Shown here piece by piece: positions 1 to 13,537 of a stretch of 64,000 nucleotides of DNA. Location: positions 342,550,001-342,614,000 of the forward strand of contig OZ024743.1 of the NCBI GenBank assembly GCA_964016885.1. Direction: 5' to 3'. The stretch comes from Eledone cirrhosa. Taxonomy: Eukaryota. The position numbers were made by a program, and so were the translations under genes. The first letter of the stretch is position 1; every line of letters starts with the position of its first letter. The notes beneath the pieces were generated by a model. The model was not told the origin of the DNA, searched no databases, and saw nothing but the letters and a program-made list of their open reading frames with translations.

Positions 1-99
1 CAATGTTATGAATGTTATGACAACGTAGATGTGAATTTAGGGTACAGCTTTTGCCAGAATAAGATATCACATCTAGGAATTCATTTGTATATTTTAGGA

Positions 100-850
100 A
101 GTATTATTAGAATCAGCATTCAGTAATTATAAGTTAAAATATATTTCTCCTGAATATTTCTACTCATTTATCACTATTATGTATTACTTGAATGTACTTA
201 GAAAATCTTAGATTTCACGCGGCTAATTAACGGAAGATGAATCGAGGTTGAAAGAAATGTGGAACTCTGTATTAGATATAAGCATAAATTAAATTTTTCA
301 AGTGTCATATCTCGTGCTAAGAAAATATTTCCAGGCCTCTTATATTTTTTATATAAATAATCGTTATTAGACTTAACGCAAGTGTCACATTTCAATATTG
401 TAGAAGAGCAGAATGAAATCATTCTCCACTTTTCTAGATTTCCCAATATGCAATTAATTCAAATAAATAATTTGCTTTCCGATAACAATTTATTTCGAAA
501 TTTACATTTAAATTGGCTGTATAGGTCTAAAATATGATTTAAATTGCTAGTTAACTTCTTTAATGAAATTCGTCTTTTAGTATCCAATCATTTCGTTACG
601 TAGAACTAAATAAATAAGTGACAGATATGATATATTTTTATGAATGATTTTCTGTTCATTTTGTATTGCTTTTTCTGCTACTTTGAATATTTATGTATAA
701 ACTAAGCACCACCTGATACCAATATTATTTCCTTTAAGGAAAGTTCAAGAAAGAACTTATAATGATAGATCCAGTTAAAATTAAAATAATTAGACTTTAC
801 TTGCATCTACTGAGTTCTTTACTTGTCTTGGCTATTTAACTGAGACCTTC
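100..850 (-). pseudogene. Heavily decayed Neptune-like Penelope retroelement (thumb/linker/GIY-YIG region)
   Basis: Minus-strand fragments KNISYLS, KCDTC and DMTLEKFNLCLYLI occur in the same order as KRNMPYCLA, CGTC and NMNCKSRNLIYCI in the element at 19.3-21.3 kb. Many stops. Confidence 0.45.
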
Positions 851-863
851 ATACATACACACA

Positions 864-915
<52 letters not shown>

Positions 916-999
916 AGCATATGTTGGTTGTTTACCGACACCTTAGTATGCAGATTGGAGCACTCGACGAAGTAGGCAGGTTAGTTTGTTTACACAGGA

Positions 1000-1225
1000 G
1001 TAATGATTCCAGTTCCTCAAGGAAATAACAACACAACCAGGAGCTGGACATATCGATGTATTGACGGAGTAAAACACACTTCAACAACACGTGTACCTGT
1101 CTTTCCTACACCAATTCGGACTGCCTGAAGAGGTCACAGCCAATGATGGCTGTCACCCAAATATATATAGCAATATATCTATAATTTATAATAGACGAAG
1201 CCAAATTTTATATATTTGACTTAAT
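1000..1225 (+). mobile_element. PLE 3' end (pLTR) fragment with mutated hammerhead (1121-1172)
   Basis: ctgc-CTGAAGA-ggtcacagcc..ggctgtcacc-CAAA-tatata-TA-gca. Homologous to 32981-33190 and 47130-47300. Flanked by (TA)n. Confidence 0.7.
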
Positions 1226-1230
1226 TATTT

Positions 1231-1270
<40 letters not shown>

Positions 1271-1420
1271 TACGTATATATATATGATTTATTTTATGTG
1301 CGTGTGTGTGTGTGGGGGGGGGGGGGTGTTACGTTTCTTACACAATACAGTATTGAGTAAAATGTATGTTTGATAACAGACTTAGCTTGTAATATAGACA
1401 TACCTCTCTAAATTCTAAAT

Positions 1421-1607
1421 TAATAATTGTTTCTACTTTAGGCACAAGGCCAGCAATTACCCAGTGCATTACTGGTACTTTATTTTATCTACCCCGTAAG
1501 GATGAAAGGCAAAGTCAACCTCGGCGGGATTTGAACTCAGATCGTAAAGGGACGTAACTATGCTGGAAAGCATGGCGTCCGACCCTCTACCAATACTGCC
1601 AATCCAC
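1421..1607 (-). mobile_element. tRNA-derived SINE
   Basis: Reverse complement of the consensus seen at 19622-19809. TSD aaattaataat. The empty site is visible in the other palindrome arm (~2835). Confidence 0.9.
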
Positions 1608-1779
1608 AAATTAATAATGTAGTTAAGCGAGGTTTCCTTTTTTTACTTTTCAATATAGTGTAAAGCTCTTGTAAGATAAACATATATCGTAAGATAAAGA
1701 AAATCTTCATTTGCTATTTCCATCAATTATATATAAATATGAATAAATAAATATATATGTTAAAGTTGGGGGCCATGTA

Positions 1780-1909
<130 letters not shown>

Positions 1910-2034
1910 GAGAGAGAGAGAGACATACAGAGAGAGAGAGGTAGAACACTGGAAGGTAATATCCGTAGTGGTAGAACACTCAGTCCATGGGACGAGTTAG
2001 GTAGAAGTGGTAACACAACAGTTAGTTCACCATA

Positions 2035-2073
2035 CCGAGAAAAATTGTTTCACCTTAGCGGATCCTCAGCTCG
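2035..2073 (-). ncRNA. Type I hammerhead ribozyme
   Basis: cgag-CTGAGGA-t-cc gctaa gg-t-GAAA-caattt-TT-ctcg. Same family as 46997-47036. Confidence 0.65.
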
Positions 2074-3067
2074 TAATTCAAATAAAAAAGAAAATTTCGC
2101 TCTACATGGCTGAATACAATAAATGTAATCTGAGTAATAATAACATTCGATTTGTTTGCAATTTTGCAAACAAGCCTCAATTTTATAGCCATGTCAGTAG
2201 AATGAACACTTCATTCTTGCTCTTGTGTTGGCATGCGAACTGAATTTGAATTTGGCAAAGCCCGCCATTTATCGCTCGTATACAGGAAACTGACTGGCCA
2301 GTCTGCTGATATGCAAATCTGGCTGATCAGTGAATCCGCTAATATGCAGATCTGACTGATCAGCCAGTCTGCTAATATACAAGTTAGGCCGATCAGTCAC
2401 TGTGTATTTTTTAAAATAGCATATATTTTCACTAACTCTGACAGTTTGGCAGATGAACAGTGAGCTGTACCGTTGAAGGGTGATACCCAGAAACATTAGT
2501 GTCTGCAGTTCTGTTCGTATGCCAACACAAGAGCAAGAATGAAGTGTTCATTTTACTGACATGGCTATAAAATTGAGGCGTAGTTGCAAAATTACAAACG
2601 AACCGAAGGTTATTATTAATATTCGAAAACTCAGATTACATTTATTGTATTCAGCCATGTGGAGCGAAATTTTCTTTTATATATATATACATATACATGG
2701 TGCCCAACTTTAACATATATATTTATTTATTCATATTTATATATAATGGATGGAAATGAAGATTTTCTTTATCTTACAAGAGCTTCACACTAGATTGAAA
2801 AGTTAAAAAAAAGGAAACCTCGCTCAACTACATTATTAATTTAGAGAGGTATGTCTATATTACGAGCTAAGCTTGTTATTTATTATGTATGTGCTCCGAA
2901 TATCTAAATTAATATAACTCGTTGGATTTGTTTAATTCCTAATGCTGTGTGATTACACATACTAGCAGAAGAACCGCCCTCGATCGGTTTTCTGCTTGTA
3001 TATGTAGTGTGCATATTGGTATTATACGCAAATTTATATATGTAAATTGAAAAGTAATTTGACAATA

Positions 3068-3710
3068 TCTTCTTCTTCGCCCATTTATTTTCGAGAGGGT
3101 CGTCGGGGCAGAGTCCTTCTCAAACACTCCTTCCAGCGAGTCTGTCAGAAGCAAACAGCTCATGGATGTTATCCAACTATCTTGCTCAGGGTCTACCTCC
3201 GGGTCTCTTGATGGTTGGTTTTGCCTGTAAAATGTGTCCAGCGATTCTTTACTGAGACATTCTAACCACATGCTCATAATATCGGAGCTGTGATCTCTCA
3301 ATTCGGAGAAGTAGCGGCTCTACCAGGAGTGACTCTCTGGTCTCTGAGTTATGCACTTTATCAAGTAACGTTAGTCCAAAGACCCTTCGGAGGAATCCCA
3401 TTTCTGCCGCTTTTATTTGCAATTGTATTCTTTTAGTCATTACTCAAGATTCACGATCTTCATTAAGAGTTGGAAGGAATACCAGGAAGACAGCGAGTTT
3501 GGCTTTTACACATACCCCCTTTCTTCTGATTGTTGAATACTGAGGCTGGCGCATTAGTGCATCAGCTTTTGCAATTCTTGCACTTAATTCAGCCTCCTGC
3601 ATTCCATCACTCATGAACACGGCTCCAAGATACTTGAATTTCTCTAACTACTTCAGTAGAACTCCATTCACATGTATATAAATTTGAGGGATTTCTGCCA
3701 ACCGTCCATC
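3068..3710 (-). mobile_element. RTE-clade LINE 3' fragment
   Basis: IKAAEMGFLRRVFGLTLLDKVHNSETRESL..IERSQLRYYEHVVRM is a typical RTE ORF C-terminus. (AAG)n tail near 3068. Confidence 0.85.
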
Positions 3711-3861
3711 ACACAATGTGTTTATGTGTTTGTGTGAATGTATGTGTGTGTAAAAGGAAGGAAAGGGATACACACATATATATGTCTAACCTAAAAACAG
3801 TGACACACACACACGTGTCTCTTAAGAACACCGACAAACTCGCGCGTGCACATACACACAC

Positions 3862-4590
3862 TGTCCTATTACCACTCAAGAGCTTTGGCCCGGGCAAACA
3901 TCCCCTCAATTTGGAACTGTCTGGGTTGTCTAGAATTGATGGGAAAAGACTTGACGGTCTTACTCTGTGCTCCTGGTCAAGAGGTAGGTGCCTTACCTGG
4001 GACGTCACAGTTAGTGACTCTTGTTTCTTCCCACATCCTGCATGCAGCGGTAAGGGAGAGAGCTACAGCATCCGCAGCTGAACGGAACAAAATCCTAAAA
4101 TACCGTGTTCTGTCAGCTAACTACATTATCCAGCCTGTGGCATTCGAGATGTTTGGGGGAGTCGGGCTACTGACAGCGAGGTTCTTATCTTCACTGGCGG
4201 CTCGCCAAGCAGAGGTAACTGGTGATGCTCGTGAGGGCACTTGGTTGTTCCAGCACCTCAGCCTCGCCATTACCCCAGGTAACGCCGCGAGCGTGCTGGC
4301 TTGTCTCAAAATTATTAGAGAGGTTTCCCACTGCTCCTCGCTATATTGTTATCTTTTGCTCTGATAGCGTCTCTTTTTCCCATTCTTTCGCCTGCATATT
4401 GTTCTATGGGGTCTAAGATGTGGGTATTACGTGCTTGCGTATTTTTTCTCTTTCTTTTCTTCCTTTCCCTTTCCTTTGTATATATTATATTTGTTAGTGT
4501 TTTCGTTCTGTAATTATTATATTAAATGTTTATATAAATGAGTTTTTTAAAAAAAGAGTTAAACTGTGTTGTTAATAAATAAATAAAAAG
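3862..4590 (+). mobile_element. CRE-clade non-LTR retrotransposon 3' fragment (restriction-like endonuclease)
   Basis: GLSRIDGKRLDGLTLCSW..LTWDVTV, frameshift, then AAERNKILKY..QPVAFEMFGGVG..LFQHLSLAITPGNAASVL (PD-D..K RLE motif). AATAAA-rich tail. Confidence 0.85.
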
Positions 4591-4726
4591 TTGTACTTTT
4601 ACCCTTCCATTTCACCGAACGCTATCATGACTGTATGTGTGTGTTTGTGTAAATGTATATGTGTGAATGTGTGTTTGTGTGAATGTATGTATGTGTTTGT
4701 GTGAAAGTATGTGTATTTGTGTGAAT

Positions 4727-4965
4727 GGGACGTCACAGTTAGTGACTCTTGCTTCTTCCCACATCTTGGATGCAGCGGTAAGGGTGAAAGCTACAGCATA
4801 TATATTATATTTGTTTCTGTTTTCGTTCTGTAAGCATTATATTAAATTTTTATTCAAATGAGTTTAAAAAAAAAAAAGAGTTAAACTGTGTTGTTAATAA
4901 ATAAATAAACCGTTATACTTGTTTTACCCTCCCGTTTCCAATTCACCGAACGCTATCATGACTGT
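4727..4965 (+). repeat. Internally deleted tandem duplicate of the CRE fragment and its flank
   Basis: 4727-4798 matches 3999-4070, then joins sequence matching 4478-4640. Confidence 0.85.
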
Positions 4966-5361
4966 ATATGTGCGTAAATGTATGTTTGTGTAAATGTATG
5001 TGTGAATGTTTTTTGTGTGAAAGTATGTGTATTTATCTCTACGTATGTCCGTGAGGGTTTATTTTTATAAAACATTGTGCGCGATTATAGTTATATACTC
5101 ATACATATAGATGTATGTATGTGCACAATCATACGCGTCAGCGTGTAGAAAGTCGTAATCACTATCTCTCTCATCACAAACTCTCTATTTCTATATATAT
5201 ATATATATATGGTAGTTGAAGTGGTGGTGGCGGCGACGATATACCGGAAGTCTAGAAATTTGTAACTTTGAAATGAAATCAATTTTAAATTATTTATAAA
5301 TAGGAAATTTAGTTACGAAATTTAGTACATACATTATGTAATATTCATTCATTATTTATTC

Positions 5362-5470
5362 AATCCCGCCGAGGTTAACTTTGCCTTTCATCCTTACGGG
5401 GTCGATAAAATAAAGTACCAGTAATGTACTGGGTAATTGCTGGCCTTGTGCCAAGAGTAGAAACAATTAT
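5362..5470 (+). mobile_element. 5'-truncated SINE
   Basis: SINE body from the B box onward. TSD attatttattcaa. Confidence 0.9.
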
Positions 5471-5679
5471 TTATTCAAAGTAATCCAACTTATTTTACAA
5501 ACGGGATAAAAAAAAATGTATTCTGGATGCAGTCCCGCACTCCTTATTTTATTATAGTTTATAATATGAATTGATTATATTTGTTACCGATAGGTGGAAT
5601 TACAGTGAGTTTGAAAGTTGTTGGCATAACTTTCTTCCTCTAAGCTCTTACCCTTTTTGTGTAAGAGTTATATACATAT

Positions 5680-6260
5680 GTTTGTGTGTGTGTGTGTGTG
5701 TGTGTATGTGTGTGTGCGCGCGCGCGTGTGTGCCTATGTGCAAGTGTGTATATCTATGTATGTGTGTGTATGTGTGCGTCTGTGTATATCTATGTATGTG
5801 TGTGTGCATGTGTGCATGTGTATATCTATGTATGTGTGCGTGTGTGTATATCTATGTATGTGTGCGCGTATGTATATCTGCGTATGTGTGCGTCTGTGTA
5901 TATATATGTGTGTGTGAATGTGTGCATGTGTATATCTATGTATGTGTGCGTGAATGTATATCTGTGTATATGTGCGTGTGTGTATATCTATGTGTGTGTA
6001 TGTGTGCATGTGTATATCTATGTATGTGTGCGTGTATGTATATATGTGTATGTGTGCGTCTGTGTATATATATATGTGTGTGTGTATGTGTGCATGTGTA
6101 TATCTATGTATGTGTGCGTGAATGTATATCTGTGTATATGTGCGTGTGTGTATATCTATGTATGTATGTATGTATTTATGTGTGCATGTGTATATTTATG
6201 TATGTATTATGTATTATGTGTGTACGTATGTATGCATGGATGTATCTCTGTACATATATT
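5680..6260. repeat. Compound (TG)/(TA) minisatellite
   Basis: Recurring unit similar to tgtgtgcatgtgtatatctatgta. Confidence 0.9.
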
Positions 6261-7386
6261 TGTGTCTTCAATGTGTCCTTAATTAAGACGATAACGTGTC
6301 ATTGCAAGAGATTTAACTGCTTTTTCTAGCTGGAAGAACGTTCCGACCATGGGAAATCTCTGCCCTTGGCTAGATTGATATATTACAGTAGTGCATTATT
6401 AGTATGTTATTAGAATATTACTAATACGTTTTTCAGAGTTCTTCCATCAATAATCATGCGTTGCTAGGTGAAATGGAACCAAACTGGAATTGAATGTGTT
6501 TTTTATGCAGTCTAGAACTAAATAATAAATCAAGTTTACCATCTCACTAACGTATATAGCAGTCTCATCAAGGCATTCTCAATGTGGTAAAGCTATTTAC
6601 TAGAAACAACAGTCAAACCCTCCCCAACTTTACAACACAAAATCTATCCGAAGATTTTAAAGGCGAAGAGGAATGGATGCGATGTTAGTAAAGTTAATTA
6701 TTTAGACGCATTATCGAGTGGAGCGGTGAGTCGATAGTGATAAAAGTCTACAATAAGACGAAAGATTTTAACTTTAAGATAGCTTGCATGCCATTCGCGT
6801 GAAGCTATTCACCAATATCTTCAGAATAAAATGTGTTTTCCAGTTAAATTGTACGTTACGGTAGGATAAATAGCCATTTGAATGTTTTTATGGAAGAAGT
6901 GAAAACACTCTTAAAACATATGGTAGGGAATTTTTTGATACGGCATTTTCGTTTTTGCCTCGGTGTTAAAATTCTAAAAAGAAACTCGGGATTATTTCAA
7001 ATCTGCAAATGAAAAGCGTATGGCTTTGAAATTAATTTTAATTTACAATGAAGTAGTAGAGTATAGTTTAGTTAACATCGCGCTTGTAGGCATTTAGCTT
7101 ATTTACATTGAAGTAATGCATTTAAAGGATGATTCCTGTGGTTGCTGATATTTAGCTGATTTTTACCTGCTTAGAAGAAACTTAGTATATTTGTTTTGAA
7201 GTAATGAATTTAAAAGGAGAAGCTTCTGCTGAATTTGACATTATTTGACCTTAATGCCATGGGTGAAGTTAGTGATAGGGCTGGGGGTGAGGGGTGGTCA
7301 AGGTAATTGTTTTCTTTCTTCTTTCTTTGTGTCTTTGTTTATTTCCTTTCATTGCGTTAGCCTAAAGGATAGACACACACACACAC

Positions 7387-7440
<54 letters not shown>

Positions 7441-7447
<7 letters not shown>

Positions 7448-7815
7448 TGGATGGGTGCTACACGATAATGCTGAGGATGGCTCTGAACATTAATCAGTAT
7501 ACACTGAGGATGAAAAACTCAGAGCTGTATGGGAGCATCCCAAAAGTCAGCTCAAAAGTGACACAGAGGAGACTGAGGTTAGCTGGACATGCTCACCGAC
7601 ATCCAGAGTTGACATTGCACTCAGTGCTCCTTTGGGAGCCCCTACATGGACACACTAGAAGAGGAAGACCAAGGTTAACGTATCTTGATGCCCTAAGGAC
7701 AGACACTGGTTTGTTGGAGACGCAGGACATGGCAGCGATAATGAGGGACAGAGACCGCTGGAGAGAACTCGTCCATGGATCTCGGGAATTTTACCCGCCT
7801 TAGAATAGAATAGAA
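7441..7815 (+). mobile_element. RTE-like LINE 3' fragment
   Basis: DGCYTIMLRMALNI..RRLRLAGHAHRH..GRPRLTYLD..MRDRDRWRELV. (TAGAA)n tail. Confidence 0.85.
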
Positions 7816-7835
7816 TATATATATACATATATATA

Positions 7836-7893
7836 TGAAAATGTTTAACCCCGAAACGCCTTGAGCTCTGCCGGCGGGGTATAAACATTTTCC

Positions 7894-7895
<2 letters not shown>
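7836..7895 (+). mobile_element. Mini fold-back HHR remnant (related to the Naiad-C pLTR)
   Basis: cgaaacgccttgagctctgccggcggggt resembles cgaaacggcttgagctctgccgtcggggt. Ends are inverted. Sits in (TA)n. Confidence 0.6.
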
Positions 7896-7972
<77 letters not shown>

Positions 7973-8265
7973 AAGACCGTTACTGCTCCAATCTGTCCAC
8001 AAAACACTGAGCAAACATCCTAAACCGAACGCTAACTTGAACTCATGACTTCTGCTAAACCAAATCACGACACATCCACCAAAGTTGGTAAACCAAAGGT
8101 GGATCGTCCACGTTCCTAAATTCGGCAAACCGAACAAATGAGGAAGACAGACGTTGTCAAACTGCAGCTTCCATATTACGTAGTTTCAGTATAGTAAAGC
8201 TAATAAAGCTATTATCATCTGCAGATGCAACTTTTATAAACTTTAAAGTCATTATTTACATGCAT

Positions 8266-8378
8266 TGTGGACTGGCAGTATCGGTAGAGGGTCGGACGCC
8301 ATGCTTTGACGCATAGAGTTACGGCTCTTGCCATTCTGAGTTCAAATCTCGCCGAGGTTAACTTTGCCTTTCATCCTA
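8266..8378 (+). mobile_element. SINE, 3'-truncated
   Basis: A box tggcagtatcgg and B box gttcaaatc present. Confidence 0.85.
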
Positions 8379-8559
8379 TACGTATATATATATATATATA
8401 TATACGTATATATATATTTAGTTGCCCAAGATTCTCCCTCTACATATGGAGCCGTCGTCCAAATCCTTCCAATTTTCATGTATGTAGTCGTCAAAATTAT
8501 TCCCATAAACTTGTGTTGTATTGTTTTGTAAATTTGTAGTTCATGGTATCCCATGCCTA

Positions 8560-8745
8560 TATTAGAATGTCCACATCGAACATCCGATGACGCTGTTGGA
8601 ATGCATGAATTTGCATCTCCAGGAGCCGAATTGCAAACTCACCGAATTTTCCAGATTCAATTTTGTTCCCGTCAGACATTCATATTCCTCTAAGAAGGTG
8701 CTGACCACCTCATATGCCGACGCAACCCTTCCACGTCCCAGTTTG
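8560..8745 (-). mobile_element. L1/Tx1 RT fragment
   Basis: SAY..STFLEEYECLTGTKLNLENSVSLQFGSWR matches SAYADD..STLLEEYERFTGVKLNRDKSVSLQLGMWR in ORF 59513-60169. Confidence 0.8.
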
Positions 8746-8873
8746 AGCTGGGTGGGGATTTTTTGGGTAGGGGTGTTTTTGTAATTGTTATTTCTATTGA
8801 AGGAGTATGGTGTTGAGTATCGGCTCCTCGTAAACATATCGATTCTGTAACATACTGGAGTGTCGAATCCTCC

Positions 8874-8942
<69 letters not shown>

Positions 8943-8944
<2 letters not shown>

Positions 8945-9095
8945 ATTGTTTCTACTTTTTGCCACTGGTACTTTATTTTATCGACCCCGTAAGGATGAAA
9001 GGCAAAGTTAACCTCAGCGGGATTTGAACTCAGAATGGCAAGGGCCGTAACTCTATGCTGAAAAACATGGCGTCCGACCCTCTACTGATACTGCC
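8943..9095 (-). mobile_element. SINE
   Basis: Reverse complement of the SINE consensus with an internal deletion. Confidence 0.85.
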
Positions 9096-10499
9096 ATATA
9101 ATGGGATCTTACAGGATTGAAGCATGACCAATGATTCCACAAGTTGCCATTAAAAGAAGGATACACACCTAACAACTTTTCTTTTTCTTCGTTTGTTTAA
9201 AACAAAACAATTGCATTCGATGCTATTAACGCCGTTGTTTTATTTGCTTCTTGTTCTTAGATTTTAAACTCCCCTAGATGGAAGATTTGTTTTCCAATTG
9301 CAAGAATAATTTTAATTAGTTGTTTTTTGACTCCATATAATTACACAATTTAGACCCTACCTTTGCATATATATCTACATCTATGTCAACAAACAAAACC
9401 ACAGGAAAATAATAGAATCCAATGATAGTGTATACTAGGTTAACGCTTGATATAGTTGCAAAAGTGTCTTAACGTTTCAGATGTTACCATTTCATCGGTG
9501 GATAGAAAAAAGGATAGAGAAGATGTTTTGGAACGAGCAGAAGACAGACAAGAATAAAAAAGAAATGGAAAACCAAGAAAAGCTTATAGAAGAGAAAACG
9601 TACATCTGGTTTTAGTCAAATATCTTGATATAGTCATACATCAGACGAAATATACATTTGTGTCTGTACGCATGTGGTGTTGTGTGTATCTGCGTGTGTA
9701 TGATTGCGAGCGTGTTTGTATTCATTTGGGTTCAAATTTACTTTCAAATACGTTATATTGGGGAGACTGTTGTGTTCCACATAATTCTGTATATTTTTAA
9801 TACGGACATGACTAATTTATCAGCGAGGAAGTCATTTACATTTATGTATTTGTTTTGCAAGATTCTTTACGCGAAATCCTGTGTTAAAATAAAACCAGAA
9901 AGAAAAAGCGTCACAGAAAAGAAGTCATTGAGGAGGTCACATTATGTGCTACGAAAGAGTTTTGACAAAATAACAAATAACTAATAATAATAAAGCTGAA
10001 ATAAAAGTCAAATAGTGCTTGTGTTTTTATTGGTAAAATTGGAAAATTGACCATCTCTATATATGACGAAGTCATTTATCTTATCCCTTTGTGTCTACTA
10101 AATAGAAATAAAGTTTCAACAACACGCTACTCGTAATTAACACAGTTCTATTGCCTTATTACGTTACCTCTCTCCCTGCTGAATATATGTTCTCACTTGA
10201 CGTTAAAACATACATGATTTACGATGTTGTGAATTATACCACTACCCACAGTCTCTTCTGTTTTCTTCCTTTATTTCTTGAACTTTCCTCTTCCTCTAGT
10301 TATTCATTTGTTTATATTTTTTCTCTTTTCTCGTGTTCCACATTTTCTTAATTCTTACTCTTTCTTTTTTCTTGTTCCTAATCGTTTGTGACTCTATTCT
10401 TCTCATGTATAATGTTTCACTCAACGTTTGTATTCTCTACATTTTCTTTGTTTCTGTAATAACACTGACACTGGCATACATACACATATACACACGTAT

Positions 10500-10855
<356 letters not shown>

Positions 10856-10857
10856 TG

Positions 10858-10949
10858 GAAAAGGTAAACAGAAATAACAACACAATCGGTAGGAATATAT
10901 TAGGTTAACTCTTGAAATAGCAGGAAGAGGGTCTTAACGTTTCGGACGC

Positions 10950-10950
<1 letters not shown>
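10858..10950 (-). mobile_element. HHR-family 3' fragment
   Basis: Matches 57865-57970. Carries only the GAAAcgtTA half of the core. A decayed copy lies at 9390-9500. Confidence 0.7.
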
Positions 10951-10999
<49 letters not shown>

Positions 11000-11179
11000 T
11001 GAGGGAGAGAGAGAGATACATGTTTGTGAGTGTGTTATATTATATATATTTTGTGTTATATATATATAATTAAAGTTTTTGCTCCGTCATAGCTGTATAC
11101 CTATATGAATTTCGTATCTAATGATATATGGGTTTTTTTTTGCGAATAAAAATTTGGCTCTGTGTGTGTGTGTGTGTGT

Positions 11180-11700
11180 GCGTGAATTTCATATATCTAA
11201 TGATATATGGTATGTTTAAGAATAAACATTTGGAAAGCCTTCTAGTTATGAGTATTGAAAAGCTGGCGGCTCATGCGCTCTAGCGTATTCCAGCATAAGT
11301 AGCGAGGTACAACTGTCAACACGTTTCTGGCTCCGGTCGTCATCAGGAGAGTGCTTTCCCTGATCTCCACTAGAATTTGAAACAGGCGAAAATATATAAT
11401 TTGTTCGCCTCTGTAGATGTGCTGATAAGCTTCATTTGCATATGGAGCTGTACAAGGCGACTCAGCTCGAAAGCAGAAAAAGTTATTATTTCACCTGTTT
11501 CAAATTCCATCAGAGAACAGAAAAAGCACTGTCCGGATGACGGCCAGAGCCAGAAACGTGTTGACAGTTGTGCCCCGCTACTTATGCTGGAATCCGCTAG
11601 AGCGCATTAGCCGCCAGCTTTTCAATACTCGTAACTAGAAGGCTTTCCAAATGTCTATTCTTAAACATACCATATATCATTAGATATATAAAATTCACGC
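11180..11700. mobile_element. Fold-back PLE/retrozyme insertion with one HHR per arm (11312-11352 minus, 11528-11568 plus)
   Basis: About 220-bp inverted arms. Consensus actgtc-CTGATGA-cggccagagcca-GAAA-cgtg-TT-gacagt. Confidence 0.8.
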
Positions 11701-11878
11701 ATACATACACACATACACACACATATATATATATATGTGGGAGGGGGGGGGTGAATTTCATATATCCAATCGAGGGTAGCCACAGTTAGTAAGGTACTCA
11801 GATTTCCTTCGAATGAAACAGTTCTAGTCCTCTAGAAGTCATTTCTATATATTAAACATTATATATATATATATATAT

Positions 11879-12068
11879 TGGCGGTGACTTGGTAGTATTG
11901 GTAGAGGGTTGGACGCCATGCCTTCTAGCATTGTTACGTCCCTTTACAGTCTGAGTTTAAATCCCGCCGAGGTTAACTTTGCTTTCATCCTTACGGGGTC
12001 GATAAAATAAAGTACCAGTAATGTACAGGGTAATTGCTGGCTTTGTGCCTAAAGTAGAAACAATTATA
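11879..12068 (+). mobile_element. SINE
   Basis: Full-length match to the SINE consensus. Confidence 0.9.
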
Positions 12069-12129
12069 TATATATATATATATGTGTGTGTATAATATAT
12101 ATGCGTTTCAGAAAAACTACTGCTCCAGT

Positions 12130-12530
12130 ATGTTTCCTGATAAACTGAATCCAGCAGGCTGTGACTAACGGAACCCACTCAAGCGAACGTTATTCATAGT
12201 TTATTTTAACCAAATACCGGGGCTTGACGACCGTTTCATTGCTGTTGAGACCGCAGGCGTGCGCGATCCCAAATTGCTGAGGTAGTGTGGTTACTGCACC
12301 GAGTGTCGCTGGCCATTCTCAGAAGTTATGATTTCGCCATTTTGTATGCGGGCGCAGCTGAAGCATGCTGCTCTGACTGGACTGTAAAGTTGTCACTTCG
12401 TCCTTACTTTCTTTTTCTTTCGTTGCTTAATTTCTCTTTTCCTTTTCTTTCATTTTTTTCTGTTTTTTTCCTTTCGATATTCATTATATAAACTCTATTG
12501 TCTATCAAATATTTTTTTAATGTTTATATA
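12130..12530 (+). mobile_element. Decayed CRE-like 3' fragment
   Basis: KYRGL..FIAVETAGV..WLLHRVSLAILRS parallels ORF 3846-4364. Confidence 0.65.
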
Positions 12531-12803
12531 TATGCCATCACAAATATATGCCATCAATCATAGCAAATTACAAATATTCATAGATTATCTACGCTCCAGA
12601 AATTAAACAATGAAACAGCTGATCGAGAAAGAAAATATCTAATCTGAACTACATGCTCTAAGCCAATGATTGGTGGGAAGCAACAATATGTGGCTAAAAT
12701 ATTTAGTTCTTCCACCTTGGAAAAGAAGCCATCCTCAAACAAACACACACATCTGCGTATGTGTGTGTGCGTTTGAGGAAGGCTTCTGTATGATATATAT
12801 ATA

Positions 12804-13194
12804 TATAGTAATAAAAGGTATTCCAATTTTGTCTGATTTACTCGTTTTATTTACAATCCTTTAAAATTTATAATGGTATTAGAATTAAATAGTATGGTAG
12901 AATATTAAATGTTAAGTGTTAATTGCAGAAGTACTTTCATGCTTTCGCAATCTTCAGGTTCATATTCTGTGGTGACAGTCAAGTTTGCAATTTTCAACAG
13001 TTGAAAATTGCAAACTTGACTGTCACCACAGAATTTGAACCTGAAGATTGCGAAAGCATGAAAGTACTTCTTCAATTAACACTTAACATTTAATATTCTA
13101 CAATACTATTTCATTCTAATACCATTGTACATTTTAAAGGATTGTAAATAAAACGAGTAAATCAGACAAAGTTGGAATTCCTTTTATTAATATA
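12804..13194. mobile_element. Near-perfect 390-bp palindrome with an HHR-like motif in each arm
   Basis: Centre at 12999. tgaac-CTGAAGA-t-tgc gaaa gca-t-GAAA-gtac-TT at about 13035-13075; mirror copy at about 12923-12963. Confidence 0.8.
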
Positions 13195-13447
13195 ATCTTC
13201 TATACACAATCATACACACCCGTGTATATTTATCTATCTATCTATATATATATATATCCCTTCTGGAGGCTGATCAAATATGTATGTATCTTGATGCCAT
13301 GATATCTAACAAAGAATTAAAATAGATATTTACTTTACGTTAGTATTAGAATTGTTAAATATCTGCTAAGGTTTTAAATGACTAGTATGCACACACACAC
13401 ACATACACACACACTCACACAGACACACACACACACACACTCACACA

Positions 13448-13537
<90 letters not shown>

